A stretch of DNA of 64,000 nt, taken from a virus. The stretch is from IMG/VR virus record IMGVR_UViG_3300031143_000006. One strand, written 5' to 3'. The translations under genes and the position numbers were made by a program. Shown one piece after another: positions 9,638 to 18,679 of this stretch. A model generated the notes under the pieces. The model did not search any database and had not been told where the DNA came from. It was given only the letters and a program-made list of their open reading frames with translations. The stretch's first letter is position 1. Each line of letters begins with the position of its first letter.

Positions 9638-10666
9638 ATGAAAGTAGCAATCACATCAGTTTTTTCTAACTTGACATACAATAAAAAGAATCATAGAGGT
9701 TTGGAGATTGTATATTTTAAACAATTGTTAGAAGAAAACAATTACGAAGTAGATCTTATAGGAAAGAAAGGACGCAACACCGCAGATTTAGATTTCTATG
9801 TAGATTACAAAGACGCTAAATGGGATGAATATGATGCAATCTTTATTCAATTAAGTACTGCTAACTTCTTCGGAGGTAAAGTTGGAGACCATACAGAATC
9901 TGTCGCTAGAGAAATAGCTGGATATGGCGGAAAGATCTTCACTCTCGTGAATGATCCTCGTATTGATTTCTTGAATCCAGTAGAAAAATTGAAGAGATTC
10001 AATCTAATCCAAGATCTTGAATCTGAGTGGTCCGATGTGATTGAGAATGCAACCTACTTATTCCCTGGTAAAGATATTAGTAAATTCTTAGGAAGAACAC
10101 CTAAAAACTGGAAACAATTAGACTGGTTCACTTATATGTTCAAGCAAAGAATGTCTAGTAATATGACAAAACCAACAAACTCTTTATTCGACTTCGACAC
10201 ACCTAAAAAAGAAAATGATTTAATTTATTATGGTGATAATCGCGCAGCATTTAGAGAGAAGCAAATTAGAAAGTACTTTCCAGATAGCGAAAACAATTTA
10301 CTAATAGGATATAAAACTAAAAAAGTAAATGCACCTTTTGTAAAGAAGATGGAACACTCTGTTTTATTAGATACAATTTCAAAAAGTAAAGCAAGTTTAA
10401 TTATAGGAGACGCAGAACACTTAGATAATGTAATAACATACAGGTTCTATGAAACTATGGCATCTGATTGTCTTGCTGCAATTCAAATAGAATACGATCC
10501 AAACAAAGAATTAATTAGTGATCCGGTTTTACGTGATATACTATATGTAAAATCAAAGTCTGATGTTGAGAAGTTAATAAGTTCTTACTCAGAAGATTTA
10601 ATTTCACGACAAAAGAAAGAATTAGAAAACATTTTCAATAATCTTGATATAACCTTTAAAATATAA
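9638..10666 (+). CDS. DNA beta-glucosyltransferase-like glycosyltransferase (T4 Bgt family, GT-B fold)
   Basis: 'MKVAITSVFSN', 'ANFFGGK', 'IYYGDNRAAFRE' and 'SLIIGDAEHLDNVITYRFYETMASD' align with T4 beta-glucosyltransferase at 'MKIAIINMGNN', 'NFFGGK', 'IYGGSFRSGQRE' and 'ALIIGDKNYNDNFITLRVWETMASD'. The T4 sequence is from memory. Confidence 0.6.
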   Translation: MKVAITSVFSNLTYNKKNHRGLEIVYFKQLLEENNYEVDLIGKKGRNTADLDFYVDYKDAKWDEYDAIFIQLSTANFFGGKVGDHTESVAREIAGYGGKIFTLVNDPRIDFLNPVEKLKRFNLIQDLESEWSDVIENATYLFPGKDISKFLGRTPKNWKQLDWFTYMFKQRMSSNMTKPTNSLFDFDTPKKENDLIYYGDNRAAFREKQIRKYFPDSENNLLIGYKTKKVNAPFVKKMEHSVLLDTISKSKASLIIGDAEHLDNVITYRFYETMASDCLAAIQIEYDPNKELISDPVLRDILYVKSKSDVEKLISSYSEDLISRQKKELENIFNNLDITFKI

Positions 10667-10669
10667 CAA

Positions 10670-11137
10670 ATGGCAAATATAGACAATGAATGTAAAGATC
10701 TAGAAGTAAAAGATTTTTACACAAACTCAACAACACATTTAGCGGACATCATGGAAAACCAAAAAAAGATGCAAGAGCAGACTTATGGTTTTAACTTTGA
10801 AGACATGTCAATACGAGAAGTAATGGATTTTTGGCATGTTAATACACATGCACTAGTCGATGAAATTCATGAAATGACTGACGCACTTGGAGGTATTAAA
10901 GATGGTTCTGGAAACGCAGTATGGAAATACTGGAAAAAAGACTTTAAGAAATATGATACAATGAAAGTATCAGATCTTTCTGAAGGAGATAAAAAAGAAC
11001 TGTATATGGAATGGGTAGATATTTTACACTTCTTTATGAATTATGCATCCTCAATTGGATTAGATGCAAAAACTGCTTTTAATTACTACTTCGCAAAAGC
11101 TGAAGAGAATGTTCAGAGGCAGAAACGCAATTATTAA
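10670..11137 (+). CDS. MazG-like nucleoside triphosphate pyrophosphohydrolase. It may be a dCTPase/dUTPase analogous to T4 gp56.
   Basis: All-alpha protein of ~155 aa with 'EIHEMTDALGG' and 'ELYMEWVDILHF', typical of MazG/dimeric dUTPase EExxE-type motifs. Confidence 0.5.
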   Translation: MANIDNECKDLEVKDFYTNSTTHLADIMENQKKMQEQTYGFNFEDMSIREVMDFWHVNTHALVDEIHEMTDALGGIKDGSGNAVWKYWKKDFKKYDTMKVSDLSEGDKKELYMEWVDILHFFMNYASSIGLDAKTAFNYYFAKAEENVQRQKRNY

Positions 11138-11188
11138 TTAAAATTGTCATAATGGGAAAGGTTCTCATTTACCTTTGATATATAATGT

Positions 11189-12067
11189 ATGAAGAAAGCA
11201 TTTATATATCAGTGGATTAACAAAATTAATAATAAGAAATATATTGGATCTCACATTGGAGTGCCTGAAGACAATTATACTGGCTCAGGCACTTACTTTA
11301 AGAACGCATATCTTAAAAATCCAGAATCATTCACTAGAGTTATTTTAGAAGTAATAGAAAGTGAAGACATACATTCGGAAATAAGAATTCTTGAAGAAAG
11401 TTATTTAAATAAAGTAGATGCTGCAAATAGCGTTGAATATTATAACATAACTAATAGATACTACGGAGGAGATACTTATTCAGGACTTAGTACTGAAGAC
11501 AAGGCAAAAATGATTAAAGGTTGGAGCGAATCTGGAAGATTAGACAGATTACATAATCCACAGAAGTATATTGAATTAAAGAGAAAACAAAGTATCGCAC
11601 AGAGAATTACAGGAAAGAATGTTTATCAATTTAGTAAAGATGGTTATTTGTTAAATGAGTATGATTGTTTAGAAGTAGCAGCAAATAAAACCAATACATC
11701 TAAAGGTAACTTACATAGTGCGCTGAATGAATCTAGAAATACCGCAGGAGGATTCCGATGGTCTTATAGTAAAAAACCTAATGATTTGATACCAGTTAAA
11801 CCTAGGGTATATTCTAAAACAGGAAAACAAAAGAATCCAAGTGGAAAAACAAATAAAATATTCACACAAGTATTACAATATGACTTAGAGAATAATTTAT
11901 TAAGAACTTGGAATAGTAGAAACGAAATTGAAGAAGAATTAGGTATTAGCAAAGGTATGATTAACCATGCACTTAATAACAAAGTAAAGAAAACCGGAGA
12001 ATATAAAGGTTTTATTTGGAAAAAAGGTAAACAAATCACAATTGTAGAATATAATAACAAATCTTAA
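11189..12067 (+). CDS. GIY-YIG homing endonuclease (I-TevI/Seg-like) with C-terminal NUMOD-type DNA-binding modules
   Basis: The N-terminal 'IYQWINKINNKKYIGS...G...Y' is the GIY-YIG motif. The C-terminus has repeated 'GNLHSALNESRNTAGGFRW' / 'ISKGMINHALNN' modules. Confidence 0.7.
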   Translation: MKKAFIYQWINKINNKKYIGSHIGVPEDNYTGSGTYFKNAYLKNPESFTRVILEVIESEDIHSEIRILEESYLNKVDAANSVEYYNITNRYYGGDTYSGLSTEDKAKMIKGWSESGRLDRLHNPQKYIELKRKQSIAQRITGKNVYQFSKDGYLLNEYDCLEVAANKTNTSKGNLHSALNESRNTAGGFRWSYSKKPNDLIPVKPRVYSKTGKQKNPSGKTNKIFTQVLQYDLENNLLRTWNSRNEIEEELGISKGMINHALNNKVKKTGEYKGFIWKKGKQITIVEYNNKS

Positions 12068-12077
12068 AAATACATTA

Positions 12078-13475
12078 ATGATATTAGATATTGAGCAAAG
12101 AGACAAGGACGTAATTGTATCGTATTACGATAAAGAAGGAAAAGTTGCATATAAACAATATCCAATAGCACAATATCAGAATTGGTATATTTGTGGTGAA
12201 AAAGAAAAAGGAGTAAGTAAGGAATATACAAATTGGGATGGCCGCCCTGTTAAATTAGGATACGGTCGTCAATTTAATAAGTTTTCTCTTAATTACTTCA
12301 TTGATGGTTTACCGGAAAAAGATCGTGAAGAGATCTTAGCATATAACTTGCCAAAGACATATTTCGTAGATATTGAAACAGAAATTGTTGATGGTTTTCC
12401 AAAAGCAGAAGAAGCGAAAACAAGAATCTTATCATTCTCAATTATTACACCTGATCGTAAGGCAATCGTTTTAGGATTAGAAGATATGGCCCCTGATAAA
12501 ATTCAAAAGATCGAAGATGATACTAACGAATATTTTAAAGACTTTGATCAAGATTGGGAATTTAAATACCATAAGTTCAAGAGCGAGTATGATATGGTTT
12601 ATACTTTCTTAATGAAGTTCTTACCCAAGTTCCCTATGATGACTGGTTGGAATTTTATAAACTATGACTGGCAATATATCGTAAACAGAAGTAAAATATT
12701 ACAGATAGATATTACTGAAGTTGGTATGACGGGGAAAGTTGATAGAAACGACAGTAGACCTTTGCATATCGGAATCTTAGATTACATGCAACTGTATGAC
12801 AAATACGATCGTAGTGTTAAAGTGAAAGAATCTAATTCACTCGATTACGTATCAGGTCAAGTTTTAAATGTTAAAAAAATAAAGTATACTGGGGGATTAC
12901 AAGATCTATACAGAGATAACTTTGTTAAATACATTTATTATAATGTAGTCGATTCAGTATTGGTATATTATATAGACCAGAAACTTAAATCAATGGAAGT
13001 TCTTTTAACATTGGCAAATATTACAAAGATGCCTCTTTATAAAGCAGCTTCGCCAGTGGCAGTTACAGAATCCCTAATGGCTAGGAAATTAGCAGAACAA
13101 GGAATGCGAATTGGAACTGAACAAAAGGAAGACTTTGAAAAAAGCACACAATACGCAGGAGCTTATGTTAAAGAACCATTAGTTGGATATTATGAAGGAG
13201 TAACGGCATTTGATTTTGCTTCCCTATATCCTTCAATAATGAGACAATTTAATATATCACCAGATGCATATATTGAACAAGTTAAGAAACACGAAATAAA
13301 AGAGAGAAGAAAGGATAATGAAGTAATTGTATGTGATAATGGCGTTGTATATTCAAAAGAAGATTCTGTTCTTAAGAAAATACTTTCAGATTTATATAAT
13401 CAACGTGTGGAATACAAAGATGAGTCATATAAATACTTTACTAAAGCTGATAATCTCAAAAAAAGATTAAAATAA
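12078..13475 (+). CDS. family-B DNA polymerase, N-terminal cistron (3'-5' exonuclease plus palm motif A)
   Basis: Contains 'YFVDIETE' (Exo I) and 'DFASLYPSIM' (PolB motif A DxxSLYPS). The ORF ends ~60 aa after motif A. Confidence 0.75.
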   Translation: MILDIEQRDKDVIVSYYDKEGKVAYKQYPIAQYQNWYICGEKEKGVSKEYTNWDGRPVKLGYGRQFNKFSLNYFIDGLPEKDREEILAYNLPKTYFVDIETEIVDGFPKAEEAKTRILSFSIITPDRKAIVLGLEDMAPDKIQKIEDDTNEYFKDFDQDWEFKYHKFKSEYDMVYTFLMKFLPKFPMMTGWNFINYDWQYIVNRSKILQIDITEVGMTGKVDRNDSRPLHIGILDYMQLYDKYDRSVKVKESNSLDYVSGQVLNVKKIKYTGGLQDLYRDNFVKYIYYNVVDSVLVYYIDQKLKSMEVLLTLANITKMPLYKAASPVAVTESLMARKLAEQGMRIGTEQKEDFEKSTQYAGAYVKEPLVGYYEGVTAFDFASLYPSIMRQFNISPDAYIEQVKKHEIKERRKDNEVIVCDNGVVYSKEDSVLKKILSDLYNQRVEYKDESYKYFTKADNLKKRLK

Positions 13476-13484
13476 ATATAACCT

Positions 13485-14465
13485 ATGAAAAACAATATTT
13501 TCGAAAAGAGGGTAAATATTCTACCATATGAATACCCATCGCTATTAGCATATAAAGACGCTATTAGACACTCATACTGGATTCATACTGAATTTAATTT
13601 CACAACCGACATTGATGATTTTAAAACTAAAATAACAGAACCAGAACGTGAAGTAATTAAAAGATCTATGTTAGCAATTGCACAGATCGAAGTTAGTGTT
13701 AAAACATTTTGGGCAGATCTTTATAAAAGAATGCCAATTACAGAAATAGGAGATGTTGGAATGACATTTGCAGAATCTGAAGTTAGACATAAAGATGCGT
13801 ATGCACAGTTACTTAGAATTTTAGGACTTGAAGAAGAGTTTGAACATGTTATTGAGATTCCTGCAATTAAGGACAGAATAGCATACCTAACAAAATATCT
13901 TGATGGAACTAGAAGCAAGGATAACAGAATGTACACCAAATCAGTACTGTTATTTTCATTGTTTATAGAGCATGTTAGTTTATTTAGTCAGTTTTTAATC
14001 ATGATGTCTTTCAATAAAGATAGGAACTTATTTAAGGGAATTTCTAATGTAGTTGAAGCAACTTCAAAAGAGGAAGAAATTCACGGAAATTTCGGAGCAG
14101 AACTTATTAACATTATTAAATCAGAAAATCCCGAATGGTTTGATGCAGAGTTTGAAAAGGTTATTGATTCAGCATGCAAGAAAGCATATTTAGCAGAGGT
14201 TAAGATTTTAGATTGGATCTTTGAAAAAGGAGAACTTAGTTTTTTATCTAAAGACACTATTAAAAACTTCATACAAAACAGATTCAACAACTCGTTACAA
14301 AGAATTGGGATGAAGCCAGTATTTGAAGTAGATTTCACAGAAATCGAAAAAACATTATGGTTTGACGTGGAGATTCTTTCAACTAAAGAAGGGGATTTCT
14401 TTTACAAAAAATCAATAGATTATAATAAAAAATCAAAATCAATAACCGAGGATGATTTATTCTAA
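13485..14465 (+). CDS. nrdB: ribonucleotide reductase class I beta subunit
   Basis: Ferritin-like di-iron motifs: 'ESEVRHKDAYAQLL', 'FIEHVSLFSQF' and 'EEEIHGNFGAELI'. Confidence 0.7.
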   Translation: MKNNIFEKRVNILPYEYPSLLAYKDAIRHSYWIHTEFNFTTDIDDFKTKITEPEREVIKRSMLAIAQIEVSVKTFWADLYKRMPITEIGDVGMTFAESEVRHKDAYAQLLRILGLEEEFEHVIEIPAIKDRIAYLTKYLDGTRSKDNRMYTKSVLLFSLFIEHVSLFSQFLIMMSFNKDRNLFKGISNVVEATSKEEEIHGNFGAELINIIKSENPEWFDAEFEKVIDSACKKAYLAEVKILDWIFEKGELSFLSKDTIKNFIQNRFNNSLQRIGMKPVFEVDFTEIEKTLWFDVEILSTKEGDFFYKKSIDYNKKSKSITEDDLF

Positions 14466-14515
14466 AGAATAATATTTTTAATTTAAAACCAAACAAAAAT
14501 AACAGACAAATTTAA

Positions 14516-16141
14516 ATGGATTACGAAAAAAATTATTGGCTAAACGAAGACAGTCGAACATTCTTAAATAGAGGTTACATTTCAGAATCTCCAGAGCAAC
14601 GAATCAAAGACGTTGCAAATACAGCAGAACATTACTTAAAAATTGAAGGATTCGCAAAGAAATTTGAAGACTATATGACTAGAGGTTTTTATAGTTTATC
14701 AACACCGGTTTGGATTAACTTTGGAAAAGATAAAGGATTACCAGTTAGTTGTTACGGATCAAACGTTGATGATACGTTAGATAGTATTTTAAACGCAAGT
14801 AGAGAAATTGGAATGATGTCCAAATACGGTGGAGGAACTTCTGCATATTTAGGTAACATTAGAGCAAGAGGAACAGTTATTTCAACAGGAGGAACAGCAG
14901 ATGGACCTGTTCATTACGCTAGGATGTATGATACTACAGTTGATGTATGTAAACAATCTGAAGCTAGAAGAGGGGCATGTGCTGCATGGCTACCGGTTGA
15001 ACATAATGATATTTTAGAATTCTTAGATATCGGAACAGATGGTAACCCTATTCAGAATTTACAATACGGAGTAACAGTTACTGATAAGTGGATTCAAGAA
15101 ATGAAAGATGGCGATGTATCTAAGCGTAAGATATGGGCTAAAGTTATTCAAAGAAGAAATGAATTTGGATTTCCATATATAATGTTTAAAGATAATTCAA
15201 ATAACAATTCACCATATAAAGAATTAGGACTTGAAATTACAGCATCTAATTTATGTAGTGAAATACAATTACCAACAGATTCTTTTAATTCATTCGTATG
15301 TTGTTTAGGTTCTATTAACCTTTTACACTGGGATGAAATTAAAAAGACAGATGCAATCGAAACTTACGTATTGTTCTTAAACGCAGTGATGGATGAATTC
15401 ATTAAAAAATCAGGAGCATTACCTGGAATGCAAAGAGCACATAGATTCGCAGAACAGCATAGGGCATTAGGATTAGGAGTTCTTGGATATCATTCATTAT
15501 TTCAATCTAAATTAATAGCATTCGATTCTTTACAATCAAAGGGATTAAACCACGATATATTCTCAACACTTCAAGAAAGAAGTGAAAAGGCATCAAGATG
15601 GTTACATGATGAAAGAGGTTATAGATCTATTAGAGATGGTTATGCAAATACAACTTTAAACGCAATAGCACCAACTAAATCTAGTTCTTTTATATTAGGT
15701 CAAGTTTCAATGGGAATCGAACCTATCAAATCTAATTATTTTATTAAGGATTTAGCGAAATCTAAAACCATTTATAAGAATCCATTTCTTATAGAGGAAT
15801 TAAATAAATATGATTTAAATACAACAGATGTTTGGGAAGGAATTCTTAAAAGAGATGGAAGTGTTCAGCACTTAGATTTCCCAACTAAAGAAGTTTTTAA
15901 ATCGTTTGTGGAAATTACACCAAAGGAAATAGTTTTACAAGCAGCACAAAGACAGAAGTTTATAGATCAATCACAATCTTTAAATTTAATGATACACCCT
16001 AGCGTTCCAGCAAAAGATATTAATCAATTATATTTATTTGCCCACGAAGAAGGAGTAAAAACTTTATACTATCAATTTAGTCAAAGTTCAGCTCAATCAT
16101 TTGCAAGAGATATCCTAGACTGCGCATCCTGTGAAGGATAA
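14516..16141 (+). CDS. nrdA: ribonucleotide reductase alpha subunit (compact, 541 aa)
   Basis: 'GGGTSAYLGNIRARGTVISTGG', 'EARRGACAAW', the active-site 'ASNLCSEIQLP' and a C-terminal Cys pair 'CASCEG'. Confidence 0.7.
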   Translation: MDYEKNYWLNEDSRTFLNRGYISESPEQRIKDVANTAEHYLKIEGFAKKFEDYMTRGFYSLSTPVWINFGKDKGLPVSCYGSNVDDTLDSILNASREIGMMSKYGGGTSAYLGNIRARGTVISTGGTADGPVHYARMYDTTVDVCKQSEARRGACAAWLPVEHNDILEFLDIGTDGNPIQNLQYGVTVTDKWIQEMKDGDVSKRKIWAKVIQRRNEFGFPYIMFKDNSNNNSPYKELGLEITASNLCSEIQLPTDSFNSFVCCLGSINLLHWDEIKKTDAIETYVLFLNAVMDEFIKKSGALPGMQRAHRFAEQHRALGLGVLGYHSLFQSKLIAFDSLQSKGLNHDIFSTLQERSEKASRWLHDERGYRSIRDGYANTTLNAIAPTKSSSFILGQVSMGIEPIKSNYFIKDLAKSKTIYKNPFLIEELNKYDLNTTDVWEGILKRDGSVQHLDFPTKEVFKSFVEITPKEIVLQAAQRQKFIDQSQSLNLMIHPSVPAKDINQLYLFAHEEGVKTLYYQFSQSSAQSFARDILDCASCEG

Positions 16142-16199
16142 CAGTTAAGAAACGGTGGTTTGAATACCACTCTTAGGACCGAAACTAGTTTTCGGATTA

Positions 16200-16237
16200 G
16201 ATGCCAGGGGTTCGCTACTTCCTGGCATCACTTTTTA
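16200..16237 (+). terminator. intrinsic terminator (9-bp stem gatgccagg/cctggcatc, then ACTTTTTA)
   Basis: Hairpin followed by a T tract immediately after nrdA. Two smaller hairpins precede it at 16155-16198. Confidence 0.55.
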
Positions 16238-16310
16238 GTTAGGAATAATATCTTTGATTAATTAATGAAACTTTATGTAAATTCTCGTTATAATACCTAC
16301 AAATAAAATA

Positions 16311-17090
16311 TTGTATTATAAATCCAAAAGAAACATGAAAATCACAATTAAAAAAGTAGATCAAACGAATTTCATCAACTTCATCAATAGATTGAAGGTA
16401 ATTGATTCATTCGTTTATTTTAAGATTAAAGATGGTATCGTTCAAGCATCAGCTTACTTACCACAAAGAGATGCTGTAAAGCACCACAGACTTCCGGTTA
16501 GTCAATTATTTCAAATTGAAGAAGGAACAATCACAACAACCAAAGAACTTAAAGTTGCTTTCTTTGATGCACAGAAATTAACAGATGCATTCAAGCAATT
16601 CGAGTATGATTCTATTCAAGGTGAAATTGAATTCATTGAGAATGACGAAGATTTCGTAGCATCTAGCTTCCGTATCTTTAATGACGAATTAGAAATTAAA
16701 TTAGCTTGTTCTGAACCATCATTAGGATATAAAGATCTTACGGATTCTCAAATCGCAACTATTTTCAATGTAGAAGATGCAAGTTTTAAATTTGACATGG
16801 ATTACACTACATTAAACAAAGTTAAATCACTTTTTGGATTAGATAAAGAAGAAACATTCTCTATCGAAGCAAATGGAAAAGGAGTTAAATTAACAGGTAA
16901 CACTTACAATATGTTAGTTACACCGGATTATGAAGGTACTGCAGGTAAAAAAGTTACATTATTCAAAAAATATTTAAATCTATTAGACAAAGAAGACTAT
17001 ACAGCGAATGTATTAGATAATCGTGTTGTATTGAGATCAAATGACTCAGAGACATTATTAACTATTGCAACTTGCCAAACCGCTGAATAA
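16311..17090 (+). CDS. putative sliding clamp (gp45-like). The true start may be the Met at 16335.
   Basis: Size ~250 aa. The N-terminal 'KITIKKVDQTNFINFINRL' resembles T4 gp45 'KLSKDTTALLKNFATIN'. The gene sits between the RNR and polymerase genes. Confidence 0.4.
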   Translation: MYYKSKRNMKITIKKVDQTNFINFINRLKVIDSFVYFKIKDGIVQASAYLPQRDAVKHHRLPVSQLFQIEEGTITTTKELKVAFFDAQKLTDAFKQFEYDSIQGEIEFIENDEDFVASSFRIFNDELEIKLACSEPSLGYKDLTDSQIATIFNVEDASFKFDMDYTTLNKVKSLFGLDKEETFSIEANGKGVKLTGNTYNMLVTPDYEGTAGKKVTLFKKYLNLLDKEDYTANVLDNRVVLRSNDSETLLTIATCQTAE

Positions 17091-17097
17091 ATAAAAC

Positions 17098-18300
17098 ATG
17101 ACTGATATAGAACAATTAATAGAGAAACCAGAAAACGAACTTAGCGTTGAAGAAACGACAGTATTGATAGCACATTACGAACAGATGTCTGCTAAATATA
17201 CTGCATATGAGCAAGCTGTCAAAGTAACGTTAAACTCGATTTATGGTGCATTTGGAAATAAATGGTTTCATTTCTTTGATATAGAAATTGCAGAGTCAAT
17301 TACCTTACAAGGTCAATCTGCTATTTTATATTCTGAAAAGATACTTAATAAGTATTTTCAAGAATTCTGGCCAAAGGATACTGCAGCTCACGAGCATTTT
17401 AATATTAAAGTAAAAGGAAGGTTAGTTAGACCATCAGTTGTTTATATTGACACAGATTCATGTTATGTTCAGTTTGAAGAAATGTATGAATCTATTGAAT
17501 GGTTAGGGCCAGACGAGCTTTCAATAGATAAATTCATTATGGAGTTGTATAATTTTAGAATTAAAGATTATATATCAAAATGTATGCAGAAATATGCAGA
17601 AGTAACTAATACAGAAAACTTCTTATATTTTGATATGGAAACAATAGCATACTCTGGAATATGGTTAGCTAAGAAAAAATACTTGCAGAATATCGCGTGG
17701 GAAGATAAACTTGATATTGATGATAGATACCCTTCTCTTAAGAAGATTAAAACTATCGGATTCGATACGATACAGAGTTCTACACCGGCGCTTGCACGTA
17801 AGCATTTAACAGAGGCACTTCAATTAGTACTTTCTGAGAAACCAACAGCAGATCTTTTAAAGAAGCTTGTTGAATATCTTAAGAAATGTAAGAAGGAATT
17901 CAGACTTGCAGATATAGACCAAATTGCGTTTAACAAAAGAACGAACAACATCGAGAAATATATTGTAGATGATACCATCGAATTCCAGATTGGACTTAAA
18001 TGTCCTCCTAATGTAAGAGCTGCTGGATTCTACAATTTCTTAATGAATACCAATCCTAAGTACAAGAACAAGTATAAGATGATAGGTAACGGAGAAAAGT
18101 TAAAACTATATAATTGTAAACATCATGTATCAGACATGTTCGCATATATGCCAGGTGATCACCCTTATGAGATTGCGCCTGAGGTTGATTATGAAATTCA
18201 ATTTGAAAAAAGTGTAATCGATCCTTTGAATAGGGTATTAAAAGCTGTAGGTTTACAACTACTAAATAGAAACTTAATTTACTCAACATCATTATTTTAA
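17098..18300 (+). CDS. family-B DNA polymerase, C-terminal cistron (motifs B and C, thumb)
   Basis: 'KVTLNSIYGAFG' matches motif B (KxxxNSxYG). 'VYIDTDS' matches motif C. Confidence 0.75.
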   Translation: MTDIEQLIEKPENELSVEETTVLIAHYEQMSAKYTAYEQAVKVTLNSIYGAFGNKWFHFFDIEIAESITLQGQSAILYSEKILNKYFQEFWPKDTAAHEHFNIKVKGRLVRPSVVYIDTDSCYVQFEEMYESIEWLGPDELSIDKFIMELYNFRIKDYISKCMQKYAEVTNTENFLYFDMETIAYSGIWLAKKKYLQNIAWEDKLDIDDRYPSLKKIKTIGFDTIQSSTPALARKHLTEALQLVLSEKPTADLLKKLVEYLKKCKKEFRLADIDQIAFNKRTNNIEKYIVDDTIEFQIGLKCPPNVRAAGFYNFLMNTNPKYKNKYKMIGNGEKLKLYNCKHHVSDMFAYMPGDHPYEIAPEVDYEIQFEKSVIDPLNRVLKAVGLQLLNRNLIYSTSLF

Positions 18301-18303
18301 ATT

Positions 18304-18495
18304 ATGAAAGCATCATTTTTCGACACAGTATTATCGATAGTTAAAAGCGAACCAAACAATATGAAGTTAGGAGCTATCATCAGAGAGTTTATAGATAAAA
18401 AGGTATTAGCAGACAACGAAGCAAAGACACAACAAATAATTAAAAGTCAAATAACAATATTTGACGACTTAAACAATTATGAAAATAGATCCTAA
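18304..18495 (+). CDS. hypothetical protein (63 aa)
   Basis: ORF. Confidence 0.3.
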   Translation: MKASFFDTVLSIVKSEPNNMKLGAIIREFIDKKVLADNEAKTQQIIKSQITIFDDLNNYENRS

Positions 18496-18679
18496 AAAAC
18501 TAATGGAAGATTTAACAGCTGAACAAAAAGAACAGTTGATTGAATATCAAAAAGTGTTTATGAGATTAAAAACTCTAAAAACACAGATGACAGATATACA
18601 AGAAGAAACAACAGATCTTCTTGCAATGCTCGGTAAAATGAGAGTAAAGGATAAAAATAAAAAAGAAAACAATGGCTAA
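18479..18679 (+). CDS. hypothetical protein (66 aa)
   Basis: ORF overlapping its neighbours by a few nt. Confidence 0.3.
   Translation: MKIDPKKLMEDLTAEQKEQLIEYQKVFMRLKTLKTQMTDIQEETTDLLAMLGKMRVKDKNKKENNG

Noticed and set aside
14516-16141. NrdA being a class II (B12) RNR because it is short (541 aa)
   Set aside because: An NrdB-type ferritin-like small subunit is encoded immediately upstream. The protein has the class I active-site NLCSEI block. It is probably a compact class I alpha lacking an ATP-cone.
16142-16310. Possible group I intron or self-splicing element between nrdA and the clamp gene (three hairpins)
   Set aside because: It is only ~170 nt. It has no recognisable P3-P7 core or G-binding site, and the flanking ORFs are complete genes. 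It is better explained as a terminator plus promoter region.
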